Positions 11,938 through 21,830 of a stretch of 64,000 nucleotides of DNA are shown here, in pieces. Each line of letters starts with the position of its first letter. Position 1 is the stretch's first letter. The stretch is from positions 496,001-560,000 of the forward strand of contig CM121341.1 in NCBI GenBank assembly GCA_051530055.1. Direction: 5' to 3'. A program made the position numbers and the translations under genes. Source of the stretch: Neoechinorhynchus agilis. Its lineage: Eukaryota > Animalia > Acanthocephala. The notes under the pieces were generated by a model. That model made no database searches. It was not told where the DNA came from and was given only the letters and a program-made list of their open reading frames with translations.

Positions 11938-13121
11938 TCATTTCCAATTGGATTTATTGCGTTTGCTTTCTGGAGGCTTGGGTGAAGGCGATCCGATAGT
12001 GAGAATTGAGACGCTTAAGTCATGGATCGAAGGTTCTTTAAAGGAATCCCAAATGGCAGAACTTGTTCGCTGACGCACTCCTTTTGGCCCAAACACATCT
12101 AGGGCACTGACTTCAGGAAATACACTAAAAATCGAATAGTTTCGATGCCGTCGAAGTGCTCGTCGCACATAGTCCTTATTGGCCCAAGATGGAATCTTCT
12201 TTGCAGGTTGCTCATCATCATCGGTGTCGTCATCCGTCCCGAGATCCGATATTCCGTAATCATCCTCCGGTCTCGGAACATGCACGTCTTCCTTCTTCAA
12301 CCGATTGATTTCAGCTCCAATGTTACCGCATATCTCTTGTAGAACCTTAGGCGGAGGAGGTCGTGGAAGGTTTCGAATGAACACGGGAACGGATGAGGGC
12401 TGTACGGGTAACTTGAACAGTGGCCTGCCTGGAAGTCTTTTTCTAGTGGGCAACAACGGCCTCATTTCACTGAGAGCTTTAAATCCACTTGCTTCCATCA
12501 TATTGGCAGCATTTAAGCGGCGAACAGTCTCACGATTAGCAACATATCCTCTCAAAAAAACAGGAAGAAGGGTAATTTATGGTGAAGAAAAACGAAGTCA
12601 AAACCACATATTCTTATGTGAGGATACTGCTTTCTAACAGAACTTCCCGAAGCAAGAATGGACGGAGGAGTTGTGAATTGTAGTTGAGTTTGAATTGGCG
12701 TACTTGGATTCATATTTGTAGGAGGCACCTTTGCGGGTGCTTTAGAGCAAACTTTTAGAGGCATGATTCGGGTTGGTATTTTTGAGGTTCCTGATTTCGT
12801 TGGGTGCACTTTCTTTACCGGTGTTCGTTTCACTTCCTGTGGTGGTAGCTTGGTTTCGAGAATCGGACGATGATTAGTCGCAGTTTTATTAGTGTTTTTA
12901 TATAGGACCGCTAACGCATTCTTTTGAGTATTCAAATGTTTCGCTCTCGTTTCTCTGCTTTTGCCCGGCGGCATTTCATTAAATCGACGTTCACTCTCGC
13001 GAACAAATCCAGCAAAAACCTCTTTACATTGATTAAATTGATCCATAACGTCATCAAGAGCCTCTTCAATATGTTCATTTACCTGATTCAATACACATGA
13101 TGTAATTGTGTGCTCAGTCAT
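11938..13121 (-). CDS. INCENP: Inner centromere protein (INCENP), ~368 aa, two exons
   Basis: C-terminal IN-box YGISDLGTDDDTDDDE..KKIPSWA...F..V..LDVFG....QRTSSAIW and an N-terminal helical segment ending in MPPGK. Predicted intron 12551-12627 (gtatcc...tttgag) restores the frame (1107 nt total). Confidence 0.88.
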
Positions 13122-13399
13122 CTACAACAGAAGATCCTTCTCAAACATAACAAAATAAACGTAACAGGTAAACTTAAAAATGAGAGCAATCAGCCCGTTT
13201 TCTTAAAAAAAACCATACATAACATCAAACCTCCACGCAAAAGAACGAACAATTTCCAACGCCACTTGTTTTAATCGCGTACGTCGTCAACAAAACAACG
13301 TCCGAATTCTATCAGCAAAATAGCGCTATTTTTAATACTCTTTCGTAATTATAGCGCTCATTCAAACACACTGAAAAACTGTTGTAGGAATTGTTCGTT

Positions 13400-13605
13400 T
13401 ATGTGTTCTTTGGTTTTTAATAAAAATAGAAACTGTTCTATTAATTCTAAAAAATATTTCATTCGTTTCTTGTCGGACTTGTTCAGGTTGTTAAAGTGAT
13501 TAATTCGCAAAATCCCTTAACAACCTGAAGAAGTCCAGCAAGAGACGAAATATTTTTGAATTAATAGAACAGTCTCTATTTTTATTAAAAACCAAAGAAC
13601 ACATA
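13400..13605. repeat. ~206-bp imperfect palindrome (arms of ~90-95 bp, 22-nt loop) made of inverted pLTR-like copies with hammerhead remnants
   Basis: 13400-13494 is the reverse complement of 13517-13605. The right arm contains CTGAAGA-A-GTC..GAC-GAAA-TAT. Confidence 0.9.
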
Positions 13606-13689
13606 CTGGAAAAACTTGTAAAATTTGTTTTTCCATGACATAAGAAAAAATTAAGCTACCAGCTCGTTGCCGGCTCCTCGACCCTTTTT

Positions 13690-14400
13690 TCTGTGTTACC
13701 TCCTTGTATGGCTAGGCTTCTAATACTTTGTTATGAGTTTTTCTTTTTGGTTCTCCTGTTTTGTTGTATTAAGCGGCGAGCAGCTCTTCGTTTCTCAGCT
13801 GTCGTCACTTCAGTCTCCCGAGATGCTTTGGTTCACATTCCACAGTAGGACATTTTAGCTAGCGAAAGGAAAAGATTGTAATCCTGTCGGGACGCTTGTA
13901 GTCTGAACGGCATAGGTAACTCGGTTCGATAATGTTAGAGGCGTAATTGTATGTGGCTCACGATGGCTGATTTTTAGCTACCGAGCCGTGCGGATCTGAC
14001 ACGTCCTCGCGCCCAATGTGCAGATCGGAATAGAATTGAGCTATAATCCAGACTCCTTGGAGAGCTCGGCACCGATCGTGCCCGAGAAACGATATAGTCT
14101 TTGACAGCCAAACGGAGACATAGCGATTGAACTAGACGCTCACGATGCATCGCATTGAGCAATCATTGTGGTTGCGTTCCATAGAGGAGAAGTGGGGTTC
14201 GCTCAAGGTCGACAGGCAACGTTGTTTTGATCATGTATTGAAAATGCGACCTGAGTAATTTACCCAGCAATTCCGGACGCTCGAAGTAAAGAGCAGATCT
14301 AAATTTATGTACAAAATTCGGAATGTAAAGGCAATGCCTCATGTCTTGAGTTCACAGCATTTAATAGATCCCCTACAATCTCACGCTCGACGTTGGATTT
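13690..14400 (-). mobile_element. Decayed CR1/L2-like LINE 3' fragment
   Basis: The minus strand reads QSLCL...LDYSSILF and later WN.LP-like C-terminal LINE remnants, with stops. Confidence 0.5.
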
Positions 14401-14634
14401 TAGGACGCAACTGCCAAGAAGGGTTAATTGACTCAAATTTGCGTGTCAACAACCTTCAGAGTCAATAATAAATCATTTTAATGTTTCGTCATAACAATCT
14501 TCAAACATAAAATTCTTCGTCGATAATGGACACTGAAGTTTGGGTTTTCGCGATCATACTACCGATATTGAGGTCAATTTTGGGAGCACAAAAGGAGTGG
14601 ATGGACAATGAGAAGCTTATTCTTTTTTTTATAG

Positions 14635-16019
14635 ATGGACTCATCGATTACCTTCGCTGACCTTTTCCTATCTGATAACGTTCTCGCTTCGTGCCAACGA
14701 ACCAATTTCGGTCAACCAACTCCAGTTCAACTTGCTTGTATCCCTCAAATCATCTCAGGTGCTAATGTTCTCGCTTGTGCTAAAACCGGAACCGGTAAAA
14801 CCGCAGCTTATGTATTGCCAATATTGACTCACATGGAACGTGACCGCCATGCATTCCATACACTCGTTCTGGCTCCAACTCGTGAATTAGTGGTACAGAT
14901 CGCAGACCAATTTCGAACCTTTGGAAGTGGCCTTGAAGTCAGCGTGACTTCTGTAATAGGAGGAATGGATCGTAGTGATCAAATGTCATCTCTTGATCAA
15001 CTACCGGAGATTGTAGTCGCCACTCCCGGACGACTTGCTGATCTCATCCGAACCTCAGCCCCGGAAAATGATGATAATCGCCGTCTTAAGTTCGACCGAA
15101 TTTCGTTTCTCGTTCTCGATGAGGGTGACCGTCTACTCGTCGATTCATTTACCGAACCCTTTGAAATCATTATGGATTCTATTGGATCAAATCATCGCCA
15201 AACACTTCTTTTTTCTGCAACTTTAACCGAAAATATGGAACGAATCAAATCGCTAATTCCGGATCTGTTTATTTATTTCGCTGAAAATGAAACGACTTGT
15301 TCATTGCTCAGTCAAAAGTACGTCTTAGTCAATATGAAACTCAAGGATGCTTATCTTTTTCTCATGCTTATATCTTTCTTTAAACGAGATGAGCAGGACA
15401 GAAGTAGTGTAATGGTGTTTGTAAGGACTTGCGAATACTGCGAAATACTCTGTAAATTCTCGGCTATTTGATGATGGGTTGTCTTTTGGTGCACATCGTC
15501 GAGACTAAAATGTTCAACCGATACATATCTGACCATACACCGTTCAATATCGGCGCTACTGCTCTACATTCACTCATTGGTCAAAAGCAGCGACTTTCCG
15601 CCTTATCCCGATTCCGATCCAGGCAAGCTAAAGTGCTCTTTGCGACTGATGTGGCTAGTCGTGGCCTCGATATTCACACTGTCGACCTGGTTGTCAATCA
15701 CAATGTTCCTCTGACCGGTAAACAATACCTGCACAGGGTTGGTCGAACTGCACGGGCTGGTCGCTCAGGTAAGGCAGTTACGTTTGTAACACAATTCGAG
15801 CTTAAACGAATGCATCGATTGGAAAATGCGATCGATCAAAGTCTCACTGAGATTGAGGAGGAAGATGCCGTTGATCAGAGGGCTGCAATCGCTCTTCTAC
15901 CGAATCTTTATCTTATGAAGGCCGCAGTTAAACTTGAACTTGAGGATGAAGGATTCGCCCGGTCGTCAAAGCTAAAGTATTCTTATGAAAAAAACGCAGA
16001 CGCTCTAGCTAAGTTGTGA
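14635..16019 (+). CDS. DDX49: DEAD-box RNA helicase, DDX49/Dbp8 family
   Basis: Q motif PTPVQLACIP, AKTGTGKT, LAPTRELVVQIADQF, VLDEGD, LFSAT, ATDVASRGLDI, YLHRVGRTARAGR. The junction between the two ORFs at 15450-15545 is unresolved. Confidence 0.9.
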
Positions 16020-16316
16020 TTTGCGCTTCTTTGTAGCAAATGCGCTCTATCTACATGATTTATGGTTTCTGACTTGACTGAAAAATTATGGGTTTTGGCT
16101 CTGAATGATGGTAGTCTTAGCACCCTCGAGTGTACAGCCATCAGACGCAAGGAAAACTCATGGTTTTCGAATTGAGATTGTGTAAACACGACTCGTTTCT
16201 AGTTACGGCAATGGATTTTAATTTTTGGTAGCGCAACTCGTTGTTCCACCAAACGTCACTCCTCGTCTTCTTTTAAACTCACTCGAATCCGGTGTCATGT
16301 TTTAGTCTTATAGATA

Positions 16317-16740
16317 ATGCAGAGTGAGGGAATCCATGCCCTTCTGGAAGCTGAACAGCAAGCATCCGCGAGAATTAATGAAGCTAAGAAAAGTAAGATT
16401 CGATCAAGTTGTCCACTGTTCGGATTCGTTTTTCCTGAATTTAGAGAAGGCTAGAAGACTTAAGCAAGCCAACGAGGAAGCCATGGCAGATTTAGAGAAG
16501 TTTAAGCGAGATAGAGAACGAGAACTTGAACTGCTCAAAGAAAAGGTATTTTTGCAAGTGTGCGCACTCTGAAAACGAACTTAGACTAAGAAAATCCGAG
16601 AAGAGTTTGAAAGTCACAATCGATCAAGTAATCAACAAAATATCGAGGAAATCGGGCGAATTTACGAACGCAATAGGAAAATAGCGATTCACTTGTTCAT
16701 GAAGGCGTGCTTTCCTACCATTTGTTTGACAAACAAATAA
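16317..16740 (+). CDS. ATP6V1G: V-type ATPase subunit G, three exons
   Basis: The spliced model reads MQSEGIHALLEAEQQASARINEAKKKKARRLKQANEEAMADLEKFKRDRERE...NRKIAIHLFMK. It uses two GT-AG introns (gtaaga...ttag; gtattt...cttag). Confidence 0.9.
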
Positions 16741-16971
16741 ATGTGATCGACGTGAGTACTATAGATCGCATATTAAACGTGCTCAACAAAATAACGCTTA
16801 CAACTTTGCCATTTTCTGACGTTACAGTGAGGACTTGTTGTGATTATAAAAAAATCGGCAACTTAAACAATGAACCTTAAACTTTTTAGAACACTTCCTA
16901 TTTTTCCCTTGAATTTTTTAAAATACGTTTATTGTTGAAGCTTCATCGGTAATTCTTTTACATTAAATTTT

Positions 16972-17350
16972 AATATACTTTTGGTGAACATACTCCTGGT
17001 CATAAACTATTTCATTCAAGAAACCTGTAAGCATCGCGCGGATTTTGGTGGCACCAACTTTATAGAAGTAGAACAAACTTAAAAAGACGTCTTGTTTTGA
17101 GGGCCTGACCAACACAAAGCTAATTTTAGCTTGAAACTTCCAGCCAGCGACGTGTTTAAAATCAATACTAAAATCATGGGAAAACGTAGTACAGCGGTTC
17201 GAGGAGATAATAAAACATAATTTTAGATGACTGAAGAGGCGAGCTTACCTCCTTCGAAATATCTCCAATAAATCAAAACCAAATAGGTTATGGCCGGGAG
17301 TATGTTCACCAAAAGTATACATTGATTAACCCGGAGGATTTTCTATCGAT
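16972..17350 (+). mobile_element. Penelope 3' fragment / pLTR with hammerhead motif and a short inverted pLTR tail
   Basis: 17020-17350 is nearly identical to the reverse complement of 53505-53850, which is attached to a GIY-YIG remnant. CTGAAGA...GAAATATC lies at 17231-17263. 16972-17012 is inverted relative to 17281-17322. Confidence 0.85.
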
Positions 17351-17755
17351 AAATTCTAATATTTAACGTTTTTCAGCATAAATAAATCGATGGCAGAATT
17401 TAAAACCACATTTTGTCTCAAAGCATAATTATATAATTTTCGCCAGTGTCAAAAGTTTTAGAATGAAAATCGCGACATAAAATGAGGCACAAAAATGGAA
17501 TAACGATCCCACCACTCGTAAGGATGGAGTAGAACATGACGATTCAACGTTTTATATAATTTTTGTAAAGACACTCCACGATAAAATCTTTTTAAATTTA
17601 CAAATTCACAACTAGTTAACGAATGATCCTTTTTTATGGAAAAGATGACTACGCAAAAAGATTGAACGCCCCATGAAAATTCTGACGGCCTTCGAACATA
17701 AAAAGTCAATGACATCATTCATTTCAAATTACTCTTCCAGCTCTATACCGCGTTT

Positions 17756-18352
17756 ATGAATAAGCGCCTAATTTTGGATTTAATTGGGGGTCGAAATCAT
17801 CGGTCAATATCCATGGCGAGCGACCGTATCGATGCAAAGTTGATCGCTTGTCTCTCCGAAAAGCAGAATAAATCAACCTGCTCAACGCCAAACTCAGACC
17901 GCTCGAATGTTGCTTTCGTTCACATTGCCACGCCGTTTCCATTATCTGAAACGTACGAAATGCGTAGTTCGATGTTTAAGGACGTTACAAATGAGTTTTT
18001 AAACGAGGTTGAATCAAGCGGACAAAGTGGTCAAGAGTGGTTTAAGCAGTTTTTAGAAGTGAAAAATCTAGTGGGAGTGGACCGAACAAAGGCAATGGAG
18101 AAAGCGACTTGTTTGTATAAAACAATATCAACGACGGACAACAAACTGACCGCGTTTATGTGGCGATCAATATCTTCATTATTCACATCCCTTTCAATGG
18201 ATTACGAATCGATTTTCTGTTTTAACAAAGCGATTCATCTAACTAATAAGCTTTTAATCGAAGAGGATAGCCGGGACAGGACTTTAATGGAAGAAAATGT
18301 TCCTGTCGGCGGTCACGATAAGCGAGTAAGGAACACCAAGAAACGAGGCTGA
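17756..18352 (+). CDS. Uncharacterised 198-aa ORF with one TPR-like segment
   Basis: Open ATG ORF within the gene island. FMWRSISSLFTSLSMDYESIFCFNKAIHL resembles a TPR helix pair. Confidence 0.5.
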   Translation: MNKRLILDLIGGRNHRSISMASDRIDAKLIACLSEKQNKSTCSTPNSDRSNVAFVHIATPFPLSETYEMRSSMFKDVTNEFLNEVESSGQSGQEWFKQFLEVKNLVGVDRTKAMEKATCLYKTISTTDNKLTAFMWRSISSLFTSLSMDYESIFCFNKAIHLTNKLLIEEDSRDRTLMEENVPVGGHDKRVRNTKKRG

Positions 18353-18469
18353 TCAGTCTTTTATTCATCGATGCCATAATATGGTGTTTTAAGATTTACA
18401 ATGTTTTCGTTATGTTTTAGGTTCCGATAAAATATTCCATCCTTTTGATTGGATATAGAATTGCTCGTG

Positions 18470-20200
18470 TGCCCTCTGTCAACAATCGACCTAATCAATC
18501 GTGACTGGTTCACATCGATTCTCAACTGAAAATGCGTTCCTCACACTGCCAATCACTTATCCCAACTCAAATTTTCAATTCGCTCCCGGACTTCTCTCTT
18601 TGGGATAATCAGTCCTTTGAGATCGAAAACTCGTATTAATTCCTCACTTAATCCATCACCCGCGACCAGCAATGCAACCTCAATCTCCCTCATTTCCAGC
18701 CCCAATATACCCAAATCAAAAATTACCTTCCCCATCCTACATTAATAATAACACTTTTTATTTGTTGATGCACAAAGAAGAGGACCCATGTACCCTTGGG
18801 TCCCCATAAACACACGAATCTTGGTGGGATAAGAATCTGGCTATTGATTTTGGAGTGGATTACGAGTCCGGGCGGGAGGTAATGTCCGGTCGGGTTGAAA
18901 GGTCCGTTCTGGTGGAGATTGGTGGTTATTGTTTTCAGGAGCACTTGTAAGGTCGGGTCGTTTCTCCGATTCATTTCAAGTTATGATATCCGAGAAGATT
19001 GAGCAGCAAGGAAAAAAGAGTGTAGGTATAGGGAGGTGTGAGGTTGAGGGAGGATGATAAGAATTAGGATTACGAGTGTTATGCTCTTGTCGTTTTGATT
19101 GTTTTATGAAAATAGTGTCAAGGCATTCGGTGAGAGGGGGAAAGTAAGTTGTGCAAATTTTAGATGCTCCTTTATGAAATATTTCAAGGCGACGGATTTG
19201 AGATTTGGATAGGTTGCAAAAGACGGGATAACCGTAGGTGAGGGAGGGTAAAATAAAGCTGAAGTAAAATTTGTAGAGATCGAGTGAAGGGATTCCTAAA
19301 TGTCGGAGGCGTTTGAGGAGATCAATTTTAAAGGTGTTTGGTTTGAGGGAGAGGATGTGCGAGTCCCATTTCAAGTTTGATTGGAATTGGAAACCCAGAA
19401 TTCTGAGGAAGGTTGCTCGTAGAATGTTATTTAGAAGCTCAGGGAGGATTGATGGTATCATTTTCAAGCATTTAGAGAAATTCAGGTGGAGTTTGTGATT
19501 GGTGCAGAAATCTTTTATGCGTGTGATTTCGTTAGAGGTTAAGGAGAGGGAGAAGTGGAGTGGTGTGGGTGATATCGCCTGCGTATAAGTAGAGTTTAGG
19601 GTGAGAGGAGAGAGGTTTGAAGTCATTTGGAAAATATTAAAGAGAAATAGTGACAGCACAGCACCTTGAGGATAGACTGATAGAGGAGGTAGAACGACAG
19701 TGGATGTATTGTTTGCGATTGTGAAGATAAGATTCGAGCCAGCGGATCTGCCATAAGTTGAGATCAAAATCGGAGCAGACCTAGAGAAGGAGTAAATAAT
19801 TCACAGAGTCGAGTGCTTTCGACAAATCCAGTTGAAGGAGACGGATGATTTGGAAGGGATCATGGTCGAGGTTACGAAGGAGCGTGTCATAAGTGCAAAG
19901 TAGGACCTCAATCTTCTCGGATATCATAACTTGTAATGAATCTAAGGAAAGACCAACCTCACAACCTCTCCTGCAAACAATAACCACCAATCCCCACCAG
20001 AACGGACATGCCCAGACCGGATATTCAAACCCGAACGGACTTCCCCCGAACTTACCAAATCCGCATTTCATAGTTTCAATCCAATATGATTTATCGTTCA
20101 AGTAACGATTACCCTATCTTCATCAAAAACAATGTAAAAAGGATGACCTAAAAGTACACGGGTCCATTTCTTGTTAAAATGTCGATATGCGGGGTACCGG
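18470..20200. mobile_element. Rearranged L2/CR1-like LINE copies: plus-strand fragment 18470-18740, minus-strand copy 18750-19900, plus-strand 3' end 19907-20200
   Basis: PQGAVLSLFLF, LRILGFQFQSNLKWDSHI, LQLDLSKALDSV. The segment atcttctcggatatcataacttgtaatgaatc occurs on both strands. 3' stem-loops at 18782-18803 and ~20143-20166. Confidence 0.85.
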
Positions 20201-20470
20201 GAAATGCGATTGGAATTATTGTTTAGGTTTACATCCAATAAATGATTCTTTATTAAAGACGTCTCGAACCGTCGCGATACTTTAATTAAACAAAACATCC
20301 GTCAAGAGTTTAGGTCGTTCTTATTGATATATTCCCATAGACTCTATCTTGAATAATGCCTTTTAAGAAATTAAATAACAGATCGTGCTATAAAGTTGAG
20401 AATTTTTTTCATTTCACGCTCTTTATCGTCAAAAATCTAAACTAGTTTATATCGTTCTAGAAAATTAAAA

Positions 20471-21214
20471 TCACAATACTAATCTATAATATATGTATTT
20501 TCCAGAAGCTTCTGAAGATCTGACGATCCGCACTAAAGTTCCCTTTTCGAAGCCGTAATACTTGGCGACTGGATCGGTTCTTAGGAGAACTGGAAGTTGG
20601 TTTTCCGACAATCCATACTTTTCAAGAATCACTTTCTTTTCGTCCTCGCTCATTCTTATATGTGGCGGAACGAGTTCGTGTTGAGTTATGTTAAACATTA
20701 ATTCACTGTCCAGGAAGTGTTCAATGGTGCACTCATGTTTTCCGTGTTTCATTAGATTCATTGCTATTGGCGTTGGCAGTTCTTTTGAAATTAAAATACA
20801 ATGCTCGATCTTTTCCGTATAAAGTTTTAATATTGTCGTTTCGATAAAATGGATGCCAAACTTTTCGGATTCCACAAAATAGACAAGAAGATTCCTCGAT
20901 GCGGTCTGATCCGTAACAAGAATATCAAGATCGGCTCGCTTGATATCACCGTCGTGAGTTCGGAACTTTTCCATGAATTGTTCGAATGTTTCATTAAGTT
21001 CCTCATGTCGAATGGCATATCCTCTATCGCGAATCATTTGAAAAACCGTTTTTCGAATCCGAAAAAGAGCTCGATCTTTCATTGACTGCTCTGTTGGGAT
21101 ATTGCACTTCGTTATGAATTCGTCACCCGGAAGCTTACCAACGACGATCTTCTTAGATTCATCCTGTAACAAACTTGGACTTGAAGCTGTCGACTGTTTC
21201 GATTGCCCTGTCAT
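20471..21214 (-). CDS. POLR2E: RNA polymerase I/II/III shared subunit RPB5, intronless
   Basis: LFRIRKTVFQMIRDRGY, LMFNITQHELVPPH, QLPVLLRTDPVAKYYG...VRIVRSSEASGKYIYYRLV. Confidence 0.97.
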   Translation of the reverse strand: MTGQSKQSTASSPSLLQDESKKIVVGKLPGDEFITKCNIPTEQSMKDRALFRIRKTVFQMIRDRGYAIRHEELNETFEQFMEKFRTHDGDIKRADLDILVTDQTASRNLLVYFVESEKFGIHFIETTILKLYTEKIEHCILISKELPTPIAMNLMKHGKHECTIEHFLDSELMFNITQHELVPPHIRMSEDEKKVILEKYGLSENQLPVLLRTDPVAKYYGFEKGTLVRIVRSSEASGKYIYYRLVL

Positions 21215-21689
21215 GAATACGCCGGAACACGAGATGAGTATCGATAGGTAATAATGATTGAGTATTTAGGAGGTCTCTTCGATTCGTCACATCCTCGTTC
21301 CATCATAATTGCCAACAACAAATATTGTGTGTTGGTGTTTTTGTTTAGAGGATCAAATAACTAAATAAAACACAAACATTTTTGCTTACTAATGAGTTGT
21401 TGATTAACAGAAAGTTCAAGCTCGAAACTGATTTGAAAGTTTTCAACGAAGCGTTTTCTTTTTTGTAAATTTATTGCCCACTTTATCACAAATATGGCAA
21501 TCATCGCAATTTTTTAGTGTACCAACACATTCAAAAGCTTTTCAACAAAAATTTAAATTCCTGTACGCAGTTCTACTCTTCTTTTAGTTCCTATGAAAAA
21601 TTATTTTGAAAGTATACCGAAAAATAGACCAAAATCCTGAATGCGGCCTCTTTAAAGTTGACAAAATCTCGCGCTTTAAATACTCAGAA

Positions 21690-21830
21690 ATTGATTTTCT
21701 TTTCTAACTTCACGGGGAACAGCTCTATAAGAATATTTCAAAAAAGATATTAAAAGTTGGCTCCCTGGAGTTAAGAAATACTGGCGATATGTGGACGATG
21801 CGTTCATCATCGAAGATAACACAGAGGCCA
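21690..21830 (+). mobile_element. Penelope RT fragment
   Basis: PGVKKYWRYVDDAFIIED at ~21765-21815. Confidence 0.7.

Noticed and set aside
11756-11947. Prokaryote-like ATGA stop/start coupling after INCENP
   Set aside because: The downstream 63-aa ORF has no recognisable homology. Such overlaps occur by chance and the genome is eukaryotic.
12551-12627. U12-type intron in INCENP (GTATCCT donor)
   Set aside because: The donor is GTATCCTC rather than GTATCCTT, and no convincing TCCTTAAC branch site lies 10-20 nt from the acceptor.
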